Of a DNA stretch of 64,000 nt, positions 8,934-18,756 are shown in pieces. The DNA lies in NCBI GenBank assembly GCA_963719495.1, contig CAVRCI010000004.1, forward strand, positions 160,001 through 224,000, written 5' to 3'. The notes below the pieces were generated by a model. It made no database searches, was not told the origin of the DNA, and saw only the letters and a list, made by a program, of their open reading frames with translations. Position 1 is the stretch's first letter. Each line of letters starts with the position of its first letter. Position numbers and translations under genes: made by a program. The stretch comes from an uncultured Verrucomicrobiae bacterium (GTDB lineage Bacteria > Verrucomicrobiota > Verrucomicrobiia > Chthoniobacterales > JAATET01).

Positions 8934-9823
8934 GGGCGGTCGGGTGGTTCGTGGGGGTTGGGCTGGCGATGGGGGTCGCGGATGGGCGGGCCGGGGTCGT
9001 GGCGGAAGGGGGCGAACTCGAGTTGGTCGCGGAGGGTTTCGATTTTACCGAAGGGCCGGCGACGAACTCGGCGGGCGAGGTGTTTTTTACGGATCAGCCG
9101 AACGATCGCATTCTCAGGGTGGGACTCGACGGGGAGGTGTCCGAGTTTCTGAGTCCGAGCGGGCGGGCGAACGGGATGTTTTTCGATGGGACGGGGGATC
9201 TTTGGGTGTGCGCGGACGCGGAGAACGAGTTGTGGCGGGTGAGTCCCGCGGGGGAGATCGAGGTGGTTGTGAGGGATTTTCGGGGGAAGCGGCTCAATGG
9301 GCCGAACGACGTGTGGGTGCGTCCGAGCGGCGGGCTTTACCTAACGGATCCGCTTTACGCGCGGGACTATTGGACGCGGGGGCCAAAGGAGCAGCCGACG
9401 GAAGGGGTGTATTTTCTGCCGGAGGGTGGGTCGGAAATGGTGCTGGTCGACGGGTCGCTGAAGAAGCCGAATGGCATCGTCGGGTCAGCGGATGGGACGA
9501 CGCTCTACGTCGCGGACATCGGAGCGAAAACGATTTACTCGTATCGGATCGAGGCCGATGGATCGCTCGCGGAGCGGGAATTTTTCTGCGCGCACGAGTC
9601 GGATGGACTGGCGCTCGACGACGAGGGGAACGTCTACGCGACCGGGCGGGACGGGGTGACCATCTACGGGCCGGACGGCGAGTTGCTGGAAACGATTACG
9701 GTGCCGCGAGGCTGGACGGCGAACGTGACGTTTGGCGGGGCGAACCGGGATCGGCTTTTTATCACTGCGTCGAAGGCGCTGTATTCGATCCCGATGCGCG
9801 TGCGGGACGGGTCGCGGCCTTGA
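8930..9823 (+). CDS. SMP-30/gluconolactonase/LRE family protein
   Basis: FTEGP, LNGPNDVW, KPNGI, DGLALDDEGN, ANVTFGG. GTG overlaps the upstream TGA. Confidence 0.9.
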   Translation: MRAVGWFVGVGLAMGVADGRAGVVAEGGELELVAEGFDFTEGPATNSAGEVFFTDQPNDRILRVGLDGEVSEFLSPSGRANGMFFDGTGDLWVCADAENELWRVSPAGEIEVVVRDFRGKRLNGPNDVWVRPSGGLYLTDPLYARDYWTRGPKEQPTEGVYFLPEGGSEMVLVDGSLKKPNGIVGSADGTTLYVADIGAKTIYSYRIEADGSLAEREFFCAHESDGLALDDEGNVYATGRDGVTIYGPDGELLETITVPRGWTANVTFGGANRDRLFITASKALYSIPMRVRDGSRP

Positions 9824-9873
9824 GCGGGGGCGTCCGGGTGGGACGCGGGGTCCGTTCCCTTTAATGAACTATC

Positions 9874-10386
9874 ATGGCTAAGAAAACCAACACCCCGAAG
9901 ACAAAGTCGAAAGAGAAAGTCGAAATTGGAATCACGCAGGCCAACCGAGACGGCGTGGTGAAACTGCTCTCTGCGGCTTTGGCCGACAATCACGTCCTCT
10001 ACATCAAGACGCGGAATCTGCATTGGAATCTCGTCGGTCCGCGCTTTCACAGCCTCCACGAATTCTACGAGGAGCAATACACCGAGATGGCGAAGAACAT
10101 CGACGCGATCGCGGAGCGAATCCGGATGGTGGGCGGCGCGGCTCCCGGGAGCATGGCGGAGTTTCTCAAGGCCGCTCGGTTGAAGGAGAAGGCGGGTGCG
10201 CGGATCGAGGGGACGGCAAGTTTGGAACTGCTGCTGGCCGACAACGAGGAGGTCGTTCGGTATCTGCGTGAGGCGATCGACGATTGCGAGGAGAAGTATG
10301 ACGACGTGGGGACGGCGGATTTTTTGACCGGGCTGATCCAGGTTCACGAAGAAGCTTCGTGGATGTTTCGGAGCTATTTGGAGTGA
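9874..10386 (+). CDS. dps: DNA starvation/stationary-phase protection protein Dps
   Basis: LHWNLVGPRFHSLHEFYEEQY...IDAIAERIR...HEEASWMF. Confidence 0.95.
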   Translation: MAKKTNTPKTKSKEKVEIGITQANRDGVVKLLSAALADNHVLYIKTRNLHWNLVGPRFHSLHEFYEEQYTEMAKNIDAIAERIRMVGGAAPGSMAEFLKAARLKEKAGARIEGTASLELLLADNEEVVRYLREAIDDCEEKYDDVGTADFLTGLIQVHEEASWMFRSYLE

Positions 10387-10477
10387 GGTCGGCGCTGCCG
10401 AGTTGAGGTGGGCCGCGCGAGTTTGAAGTGAGCGGCTTTCAGCCGGTTTTGGTTGGTTATTGGCTGGAGGCGCAATT

Positions 10478-12787
10478 TCACGGCTTGTCGGTTGGGTGGA
10501 TGGCGACGGCGCAAGCTTTGTAGGCGGGTTGGCGGCTGGTGGGGTCGACCTCTTGGCGGGTGAGTTCGTTGGTGACGCCGTAGTGCATGGGGAGGAAAAT
10601 CTGGCCGGGCTGGACGACGGGGGTGACGCAGGCGCGGACGGTGATCGTGCCGCGGCGCGACGTGACGTTGACTTGGGACTCGGCGGCGATGCCAAGGTGG
10701 GCGGCGTCGGTGGGGTGGATCTCGACGTAGGGGTCGGCGGGGTAGAGTTTGCGGAGGACGTCGCTTTTGCCGGTGCGGGTCTGGGTGTGCCATTGGGAAG
10801 AGGTGCCGCGGCCGGTGAGCAGGGTGAAGGGGTAGTCGGCGTCGGGGGGTTCGGCGAGGGGGCGGGGGGATTCGAAGATGAAGCGGGCGCGGCCGTCGGG
10901 GTGATGAAAGCGCCCGTCTTCGAAGAGGCGGCGTTCTTTGGAAATGGGAAATTTGAAATGTGGAATGAGAAATGGAGCGTTCGAAATTTCTAATTTCTCA
11001 TTGGACATTTCTAATTCGGTCGGCTCTGCGACCGCTGGCCATTGGATGCCGCCTTCGGTGTCGAGGTGTTGGTAGTCGCGGATGCCGGAGATGTCGCAGG
11101 GTTGGCCGGCGAGCGCGCGTTTCATGATTTGGAAGGCGGCTTCGGGGTTGGTCCATTCACGGAAGAGGTCGCCGCAACCCCAGGTCTCGGCGAGGAGGCG
11201 GATGATGGAGAAGTCGCTGAGGGCCTGGCCGGGGGCGCGGCGGACCTTTTTCACGAGGCCGATGCGGCGCTCGGAATTGATGAAGGTGCCGTCTTTTTCG
11301 CCCCACCCAGCGGCGGGCAGGACGAGGTCGGCGAGTTGGGCCGTCTCGGTCGAGTGATACATGTCCTGGACGACGAGGTAGTCGAGTTTTTGGAGGAGCT
11401 TCTGGGCGCGCTTGGATTGGATCCACGAGTGGGCGGTGTTCGTCGCGATGACCCAGAGGCCTTTGATCTGGCCGGTCTCGATGCCGTCGATGATCTGGTC
11501 GTAGGCGAGGCAGTCATCGTGGGGGATGCGGTCGATGGGGATGCGGAGGGCGTCGGCGACCTTTTCGCGGTCGGCGGGATTCTGAAATTTGTGGCCGCCC
11601 AGGAGATTGGTCGTGCTGGAGAAGATGCGGGACCCCATGGCGTTGCACTGGCCGGTGATGGAATTCGCGCCGGTGCCGGGGCGGCCGAGGTTGCCGGTCA
11701 TGAGCGCGAGGTTGATGATGGCCTGGGCGGTGCGGGTGGCTTCGTGGCTTTGGTTGACGCCCATAGTCCACCAGAACGAGACGCGCTTCCCGGTGGCGAT
11801 GGTGTCGGCGAGGGCCGTGATCTGGGCGGCGGGGAGGCCGGTGGCGGTGGCGGTGGATTCGAGGGTGTAGGGGGAAAGAAAAGTGACGAAGTCACCGAAA
11901 CCGGTGGTGTGGGCGTCGATGTAGGGGCGGTCGATCTGGCCGCGGTCGGTGAGGAGTTTGGCGAGGCCGTAGAGGAGGGTGAGGTCGGATTTCGGCGCGA
12001 GCGCGACGTGGTCGGTAGCGGCCATCGCGGTCTCGGTGCGGCGGGGGTCGATGACGATGATGCGGGGGTTGTGCGGGTTGCGCATCACGCGCTGCCACAT
12101 GATGGGGTGGGCGACGCAGAGGTTGGAGCCGACGAGGACGATGACGTCGGACTCCTCGAAGTCGGCGTAGGCGTAGGGCGGGGCGTCGAAGCCGAAGGAC
12201 TCTTTGTAGGCGGAGACGGCCGTGGCCATACATTGGCGGGTGTTGCCGTCGCCGTGGCGGATGCCCATGCCGAACTTCGCGACGGCTCCGAGGAGGGCCA
12301 TTTCTTCGGAGACGATCTGGCCGGTGCTGAGGAAGGCGAGGCTGTCCGGACCGTGGTCGCGCTGGATGCGCTGGAAATTGTCGCGGAAGGAGGCGGCGGC
12401 GGTGGACCAGTCGGTCGGGGTGAGTTGGCCGGTGGTGGGATCGCGACGGAGCGGCGTGGTGGCGCGGTCGGGGGCGTCGAGGGCCGAGAGGGCTTCCCAG
12501 CCTTTCGGGCAGGCCATGCCAAGGTTGACGGGGTAGTCGGTGTCGGCGCTGAGGTTGATGGCTTCGCCGTCCTTGAGGTGAATGCGAAGGCCACAGCCGG
12601 TGGCGCAGTAGCCGCAGACGGCGGTGGTGGTGGCGTCGGGGGTGAGGCGGGTGGGGACGGAGCCGAGGCCGAAAGCGGCGGGGGATTGGACGAGGTCGGT
12701 CGTGAGGGGGCCGGTGCGGGGACGGAGGATGGAATGCGTCGAGAGTCGAGAGTCGAGAGTCGAGCGGAGTGAGGTGGCGATGGACAT
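10478..12787 (-). CDS. nasA: assimilatory nitrate reductase catalytic subunit (Mo-bisPGD)
   Basis: CGYCATGC...ACPKG Fe-S motif; [42 protein letters not shown]...QWHTQTRT. Located in the nitrate cluster. Confidence 0.92.
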   Translation of the reverse strand: MSIATSLRSTLDSRLSTHSILRPRTGPLTTDLVQSPAAFGLGSVPTRLTPDATTTAVCGYCATGCGLRIHLKDGEAINLSADTDYPVNLGMACPKGWEALSALDAPDRATTPLRRDPTTGQLTPTDWSTAAASFRDNFQRIQRDHGPDSLAFLSTGQIVSEEMALLGAVAKFGMGIRHGDGNTRQCMATAVSAYKESFGFDAPPYAYADFEESDVIVLVGSNLCVAHPIMWQRVMRNPHNPRIIVIDPRRTETAMAATDHVALAPKSDLTLLYGLAKLLTDRGQIDRPYIDAHTTGFGDFVTFLSPYTLESTATATGLPAAQITALADTIATGKRVSFWWTMGVNQSHEATRTAQAIINLALMTGNLGRPGTGANSITGQCNAMGSRIFSSTTNLLGGHKFQNPADREKVADALRIPIDRIPHDDCLAYDQIIDGIETGQIKGLWVIATNTAHSWIQSKRAQKLLQKLDYLVVQDMYHSTETAQLADLVLPAAGWGEKDGTFINSERRIGLVKKVRRAPGQALSDFSIIRLLAETWGCGDLFREWTNPEAAFQIMKRALAGQPCDISGIRDYQHLDTEGGIQWPAVAEPTELEMSNEKLEISNAPFLIPHFKFPISKERRLFEDGRFHHPDGRARFIFESPRPLAEPPDADYPFTLLTGRGTSSQWHTQTRTGKSDVLRKLYPADPYVEIHPTDAAHLGIAAESQVNVTSRRGTITVRACVTPVVQPGQIFLPMHYGVTNELTRQEVDPTSRQPAYKACAVAIHPTDKP
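10941..11017. repeat. inverted heptamer array, in frame within nasA
   Basis: GAAATGG GAAATTT GAAATGT GGAATGA GAAATGG ... ATTTCTA ATTTCTC ATTGGAC ATTTCTA. Encodes [26 protein letters not shown]. Confidence 0.85.
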
Positions 12788-12797
12788 GGCGTTTTAG

Positions 12798-12962
12798 TTA
12801 GCTAAGTCGTTGGCCATGGAGACGAGGGTGAACGTGGCGGAGCCAATCCATCGTGATCCAGCGGATCGACTGCTGATCGTCACGGCGCGTCTCGGAGGTA
12901 TGACCCTGCTCACGACGGACGGCTTGATTCTTAAATATCCGCACGTGAGTTCGATGAGTTGA
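12798..12962 (+). pseudogene. C-terminal fragment of a VapC/PIN-domain toxin
   Basis: ...IHRDPADRLLIVTARLGGMTLLTTDGLILKYPHV. In-frame TAG at 12795, so the N-terminal half is absent. Confidence 0.7.
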
Positions 12963-14516
12963 TCAGGCGCCGCCCGGCATGCGGTGGGCAACGACCGTGG
13001 TGAAGAATTGGTGGCGTTCGAGTCCTTCGCTGAACGCGAGGAGAGCGAGGCCGAGCGCGGGAAGGACGGGAAGGAGGAGGATGCCAGCGGCTGCGGTCGC
13101 TAGGCGGATGATGACTTGGCGGTGGAGGGGGCCGCGGAGGAGCTGGGCGGAGAGGGAGTCGTGGGAGGGGTCGGCGGGGTCGGCTTTTGCGCGGAAGCGC
13201 GATTCCGCGAGGAGCTTGGCGCTGAGGATCAGCGCGGGGAGTAGGATCGCGATGGGGTTGAGCGCGGCGAATCCGGCGGTGGCGAAGAGGGCGACGGTGC
13301 CGTAGAAACGGAAGGCGGTGCGGGGTAGGCGCCAGAGTTCGCGGTGGGTGTCGGCGTAGACCATGACGGACGTGAAAACGCAGAGGAGTCCGTAAAGCGC
13401 GGCGGGGATGCCGACGAGTCGAGGAAAGAGGATGGCTCCGGCGACGAGGGGCGGGAGCGCGCCGAAGGCGACGACTTCGCGGCTGAGCCACGAGCGACGG
13501 AGGCCGAGGAAGACGCGCCAGGCTTTGAGGGGTTGGCCGAGGTGGAGGACGCTGGCGGTGAGGCCGATCATGAGCGCCGCAAGGGCGGCGCAGTTTATAG
13601 TTGAGAGTTTATAGTTGAGAGTTGGTGAGAGGGTGAAGGTTGCTGGCGAGATGGTTGCCGCGATCACCAAGCCGACGGCGACCTGGGTGAGGGTGAGCAT
13701 GAGGACGAGGGGGAGGTGGCTGTGCTCGAGGCGGGGGCGGTGGGCGTCGGCGCGGGTGGCGGTGGGGGGGATGTTTTTCTTGGTGACGTAGCGGGTGGTG
13801 GGTTGGGTGTAGCTGGACGTGATGATGCCCGGAATCAGCGGCTCCTCGACCCTCGACCCTCGACTTTCGACCTTCACAATCCGGATCGCTTCGGTTGGGC
13901 AGGCTTGGACGCAGGCCGGGGCTTCGCCGACCGATAGCCGTGAATGGCACATGTCGCATTTGCGGACGATGCCTTTTTTTTTCGAATACTTGGGGACGTC
14001 GTAGGGGCACTTGAGGCTGCAGTATTGGCAGCCGATGCATTGGTCGTCCAAGTGGCGGACGATGCCGGTGACTTCGTCCTTTTCGTAGGCGAGGACGGGG
14101 CAGCCGTTGGCGCAGGCGGGGTCGGCGCAGTGGTGGCAGGCCGTGGTGACGGTCTGCTGGTAGGCGATGCCTTCGGCTTCGCCGAGGAGCATCCCGACGT
14201 CGCGCCACGTTTCGTTTTCCTCGAGTCCGTTGAGACTGTGGCAGGCGGAGACGCAGGCTTTGCAGCCGGTGCATTTGTCGAGGTCGACTTCGAAGGCGTA
14301 TTGTTCGCCGGGGGAAGGCGCGGTGAGGGGAATGAGGTCGCGGTAGTGCCGGGCTTGGGTGGGCGTAGTGACGTCGGCGTGGTGCTGGGAGAAGCGCTCG
14401 GCGGCGGTGAGGTTGCGCTGGTCGGCGAGGAGTTTGTCGATGAGGGTAGGAGGAGGGGTTGGTTGTTGGTTGTTGGTTATTGGTGAATGCCGCTCCGCTG
14501 GGATGAGGGTGTTCAT
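12963..14516 (-). CDS. 4Fe-4S dicluster (DmsB-like) fused to a DmsC/YnfH membrane anchor
   Basis: CTGCKACVSAC, CHHCADPAC, CIGCQYC, CDMC...PACVQACP; ASVLHLGQP...SWLSREV anchor motif. ATGA overlap at 14513-14516. Confidence 0.88.
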   Translation of the reverse strand: MNTLIPAERHSPITNNQQPTPPPTLIDKLLADQRNLTAAERFSQHHADVTTPTQARHYRDLIPLTAPSPGEQYAFEVDLDKCTGCKACVSACHSLNGLEENETWRDVGMLLGEAEGIAYQQTVTTACHHCADPACANGCPVLAYEKDEVTGIVRHLDDQCIGCQYCSLKCPYDVPKYSKKKGIVRKCDMCHSRLSVGEAPACVQACPTEAIRIVKVESRGSRVEEPLIPGIITSSYTQPTTRYVTKKNIPPTATRADAHRPRLEHSHLPLVLMLTLTQVAVGLVIAATISPATFTLSPTLNYKLSTINCAALAALMIGLTASVLHLGQPLKAWRVFLGLRRSWLSREVVAFGALPPLVAGAILFPRLVGIPAALYGLLCVFTSVMVYADTHRELWRLPRTAFRFYGTVALFATAGFAALNPIAILLPALILSAKLLAESRFRAKADPADPSHDSLSAQLLRGPLHRQVIIRLATAAAGILLLPVLPALGLALLAFSEGLERHQFFTTVVAHRMPGGA

Positions 14517-15169
14517 GACGAGGCGAGGGCCTCGGTGAGGAGGGCTTGGGCCTCGGGGGAGACGGGGATGGTCGCGGCGTGGGCGTGGCCGCTTGGTGAC
14601 ATTTTGGTCCAGGTTTTGCGGAGGATGTTGACGAGCTTTGTTCGGTCCGTTTTCTCGAGGAGGTCGTCGAGTTGCTGCTCGATGGTGACGAGGCAGAGGG
14701 CGTCTTCGAGGGTCTGGGTGTCGGGGTCCGTGCCGAGATTTTCCTTGAGGTTGAGCGAGCGGACGCGGTCGATGTCTTCGGTGTGATAGCCGACGTCGGC
14801 GAGGATGCCGGTGGTGAGATCGGCGTGGTAGCGCTTGAGATTCGCGCGCCACTTGAGGTAGCCGGCGCGGTTCATCGGGTAGGAGGCGCGAGGAACTCTC
14901 CAGCGGGCCACGTGTTGGCAGCGGGCGGCGAGAAGGAGGGGTTCGGACGGGGCGGGGTCGAGCTGGTGGACCCAATGGGTGAGGCGCTGGGAGTAGAAGA
15001 GTTCGAAGGGGATGGACTGGTGGTGGACCCGGATCGTGCGGGGGTCGCGGGCGTTTTCCTCGTCGATGCGGGAGATGGCCGTTGCGAGGAGATCGGGGCT
15101 TTCGGGTGAAGGCCACGGCTCGGCGGGAGCCTCGCCCTCCGGGTGGGTGGGTTTGGGTTCAATACACAT
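14513..15169 (-). CDS. DUF4202-like protein
   Basis: IDEENARDP...LAARCQHVARW...YPMNRAGYLKWR...QTLEDALCLV...TWTKMS. Confidence 0.8.
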   Translation of the reverse strand: MCIEPKPTHPEGEAPAEPWPSPESPDLLATAISRIDEENARDPRTIRVHHQSIPFELFYSQRLTHWVHQLDPAPSEPLLLAARCQHVARWRVPRASYPMNRAGYLKWRANLKRYHADLTTGILADVGYHTEDIDRVRSLNLKENLGTDPDTQTLEDALCLVTIEQQLDDLLEKTDRTKLVNILRKTWTKMSPSGHAHAATIPVSPEAQALLTEALASS

Positions 15170-16925
15170 CGCGTTGGTAGCGTTTGGTGCTTTCGAGGTT
15201 GGCGACGTAGGTGGCGGCTTCTTCTTCGGTTTTTCCTCCGGCGGTTTGGATGACGATGTGGAGGGCGGCGTCGACGTCTTTGGCCATGCGGCTGGCGTCG
15301 CCGCAGACGTAGAAGTGCGCGCCGTCTTCGAGCCAGGCCCAAAGTTCGGCGGCTTGCTCGATCATGCGGTGCTGGACGTAGATTTTTTCCGCTTGGTCGC
15401 GGGAGAAGGCGGTGTCGAGGCGGGTGAGGTGGCCGTTGGCGAGGAACTCTTCGAGTTCTTCTCGGTAGAGGAAATCGGTGGCGGCCTTTTGGTCGCCGAA
15501 GAGGAGCCAATTTTTGCCGGTGGCGCCGGTGGCTTTGCGGTCGTGGAGGAAGGCGCGGAAGGGGGCGATGCCGGTGCCGGGGCCGACCATGATCATGGGC
15601 GTCTCGGGCGACGGCGGGAGGCGGAAGCCTTTGGAGACCTGGATGAAGACGGGGACCGGGCCGGTGACGCGGTCGGAGAGGAAGGTGGAGCAGGCGCCTT
15701 TGCGCGGGCGGCCGAAGCTTTCGTAGCGGACGGCGGCGGTGGTGAGGTGGACCTGATCCGGGAACGCGCGGAGGCTGGAGGAGATGGAGTAGAGGCGGGG
15801 TTGGAGCTTGCGGAGGTGACCGACGAAGTCGGGGGGGGTGAAGGTGACGCCGGGGAAGTCGGCGAGGAGGTCGATCACTTCGCGGCCCCAGAGGTAGTGG
15901 GCAAGGGCTTCCTTGGCCTCCGGGACCAGGAGGTCGGCGAGGGTCTTGTCGGCGCTGCGCTCGGCGATGGCCTCGAGCAGTGGGGCGGGGATCTTGGTGA
16001 TCTCGTAGTCGCGGGTGAGGGCCTGGCGGAGGGGGGATTCGCCGCCGTCGGGGGTGGGGACGGCTTCCTCGCCGTCGCAATTGAGGGCATGGAGGATCTC
16101 GTCGACGGCGGTGGGGCAATTCGATGGGATGACGCCGAGGGCGTCGCCGACTTCGTAGGTGAGACCGGAGTCGGCGAGGGAGATCTCGAAGTGGCGGACT
16201 TCTTTGGCCGAAGCGGTGGCGGTGAGGAGGCGGTTGGTGAGCAGTTGGGCGGGGAAGGGGTTTTTGCGGCTGTGTTCGGCTGGCGGGGCTGTGATTGGTG
16301 ACTGGTGATTGGTGACTGGTGGGGTGACGGGTTCGCCGGAGGTGAGTTCCAGGCTGTCGAGGACGTTGAAGGTGGCTTCCTGCCAAGTGGCGGCGAGGTC
16401 TTCGTAGTCGACGTTGCAGTCGACTCGGTCGTAGATGCGGGTGGCACCGAGGCCGGCAAGGCGGGTGTCGAGGTCGACGCCGAATTTGCAAAATTCCTCG
16501 TAGTTGGTGTCACCGAGGGCGAGGACGGAGTAGCGGAAATTTTCGAGTCGGGGAGCGCTGTCGGCGATGAGTTCTTCGTGGAAGTCGTGGGCGTTGGCGG
16601 GCGGTTCGCCGTCGCCGAAGGTGCTGGTGACGAAGAGGGCGGCGGGGACGGTGGCGAGGTCGGCGACTTTGACTTTGTCCAGGCCGATGGCGGTGGACTC
16701 GTAGCCACGCTGCTTGGCAGCTTTGGCGATTTGTTTGGCGAGCGATTCGGAGTTGCCGCTTTCGGTGCCGAAGTAGATGGGGAGGGTCTTCTTCGGGGCT
16801 TCGACGGTGGCGGTGGCTGCGCCGGTGCCGCTGAACACGCCGGCGAGAAATCCGTTGAGCCAAGCGCGCTGCTCGGTCGAAAACGGGGCGCTGTCGGGGA
16901 TGAATGGGGCGGCTGAGGTGGTCAT
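15159..16925 (-). CDS. CysJ-like diflavin (FMN/FAD) reductase, probable electron donor to nitrite reductase
   Basis: FGTESGNSE, TSTFGDGEPP, RLYSISSS, MVGPGTGIAPFR, YVCGDASRMAKDV, RYQRDVY. Confidence 0.92.
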   Translation of the reverse strand: MTTSAAPFIPDSAPFSTEQRAWLNGFLAGVFSGTGAATATVEAPKKTLPIYFGTESGNSESLAKQIAKAAKQRGYESTAIGLDKVKVADLATVPAALFVTSTFGDGEPPANAHDFHEELIADSAPRLENFRYSVLALGDTNYEEFCKFGVDLDTRLAGLGATRIYDRVDCNVDYEDLAATWQEATFNVLDSLELTSGEPVTPPVTNHQSPITAPPAEHSRKNPFPAQLLTNRLLTATASAKEVRHFEISLADSGLTYEVGDALGVIPSNCPTAVDEILHALNCDGEEAVPTPDGGESPLRQALTRDYEITKIPAPLLEAIAERSADKTLADLLVPEAKEALAHYLWGREVIDLLADFPGVTFTPPDFVGHLRKLQPRLYSISSSLRAFPDQVHLTTAAVRYESFGRPRKGACSTFLSDRVTGPVPVFIQVSKGFRLPPSPETPMIMVGPGTGIAPFRAFLHDRKATGATGKNWLLFGDQKAATDFLYREELEEFLANGHLTRLDTAFSRDQAEKIYVQHRMIEQAAELWAWLEDGAHFYVCGDASRMAKDVDAALHIVIQTAGGKTEEEAATYVANLESTKRYQRDVY

Positions 16926-16983
16926 TCGTTAAGGGTTCTTAGTTGAGAGTTGTTAGTTGAGAGTGTGATTGCGGCTTCGTTGC

Positions 16984-18751
16984 TTAGTTCGTGAAGAGTT
17001 CCTGGAGATCCTTGACGGATTGGCGGGTGGCGAAATCGACGAAGGTTTCCTGGCCTTCACGCTGGTCGAGGTAGGTCCTGAGAACGCCCTCGAGGAGGGT
17101 GGGAATTTGAACGAACGGGATGCCGGTGAAGATCTGACGGCCAATCGTTTGCCCGCCGATGCTACGACCGCCGAGGACGACGTGGTAGCCGTCGACTTTC
17201 TCGCCGTGATGGGTGACCTGGGTGCCGACGAGGCCGATGTCGCCGATGTAATGCTGGGCGCAGGAGTTGGGGCAGCCGGTGAGGTGGATGTTGATCGGCT
17301 GATCGAGGGTGAGTTTTTTCTGGAGGTAGTTCGCGAGTTCCAAGCCCTGCGCTTTGGTCGCGGACTGCGCCCATTTGCAGCCCATGCTTCCGGTGCAGGC
17401 GACCAGGCCGCCGAGGACGGCGGTGGCTTCGTGGTGGAAGCCCATGCGAACGAGACTGCGTTTGACCGTCTCGACGAAGCCGTCCGAGACGTCGGGAATG
17501 AGGACGTTTTGCCAGACGGTGAGGCGGAGGGTGCCGGAGCCGTGGGCCGTCGCGAGATTCGCGAGGCGGTGCATCTGACGACTCGTCATGGTGCCGACCG
17601 GGGTGACGACACCGACGTAATTGAGGTGCGGCTGCGATTGCCGCCAAACGCCGATGTGAGCGTGCGGGATGGGTGGGGCGGGCGGGACGCAGTCCTTGAG
17701 GGCGAATGGGGTCAGCGGGAAGGCGAGCTTTTTCTCGGTTTCCTCGAGGAATTTGGGGATGCCCCACTTGTCGATGAGGTATTTGAGGCGGGCTTTTTTG
17801 CGGTTGGTGCGGTCGCCGTTCTCGACGAAGACGCGGACCATGGCGGCGGCGACGGTGATGCAATCCGCGGGCGGAATGAGGATGCCAGCGTCGGTGGCGA
17901 ATTGTTCGTGGCCGGTGATACCGGCGAGCTGGACGCGGAAGTAGACGCCGGGTTCGACGGATTTTCCCTCTGGCACGGTGACGGCGAGGAAGCCGATGTC
18001 GTTGGTCTCGGCGACCGTGGCGATGGCTCCGCCCCCGTTCGAAGGCGATGTTGAATTTCCGCGGGAGGCCATACATGTCGCGGTTGTTGAGGATGTAATG
18101 GTGCATCCCCTTGGCCAGCGGGCGGGTGTCGATGAGTTCGGCGCGGTCGATGCCGCCGGTGGCGGAGGCGGTGATGTTGCGGAGGTTATCGACTCCGGAG
18201 CCGCGGGCGGTGAGGCCGAGGTCCTGGAGTTTATTGAGGACGTTGACGGTGTTCTTGGCCTCGATCTCGCGGATTTGCAGGTTGCAGCGGGTCGTGACGT
18301 GGGCGTAGTCGCCGCCCCAGTCGTGGGCAATCTCGGCGATGCCGTGGAGTTGGGCCGAAGTGAGTTCGCCCCCGGGGATGCGCATCCGGAGCATGAAGGA
18401 TTCCTGAGCGGGCCCGACGTAGAAGAGGCCGAAATTCCGGAACTGGAAGGTGTTCCGTTTATCGGGGAATTTGTTTTCTCGGGCGTGTTCGACGAGAGCG
18501 TCCCAGGAGTCGAGGCCGTTCTGTTCGTGCTTCCAGACCTCGGGTTCGCAGAGGTCTTCGATGGGGGTGCCGTGGACGGTCGCCGCGGCGAGATTGGGGA
18601 GGCCGGAATCGGCGTCGCTGGTGAGGAGACCATCTGGCTGGTGGCCGATGAAGGGGGCACGCTGAGCGGCTCCGGCGAAGAACCCGGCGAGGTATTCCTT
18701 CTGCTCGGCGGAGAAGGGCTGGCTGTCGGGCAGGGTGGGCGGTTCGTTCAT
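16984..18751 (-). pseudogene. nirA: NirA-family siroheme nitrite reductase with a single-base frameshift near 18038 (real or sequencing error)
   Basis: The N-half (…FMLRMRIPGG, HVTTRCNLQIR, LPRKFNIAF) and the C-half (GGGAIAT…NDIGF, ACTGSMGC, HLTGCPNSCAQH) are in different frames. Removing one T at 18038-18039 restores FDGGG. Confidence 0.85.
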
Positions 18752-18756
18752 GGGAT

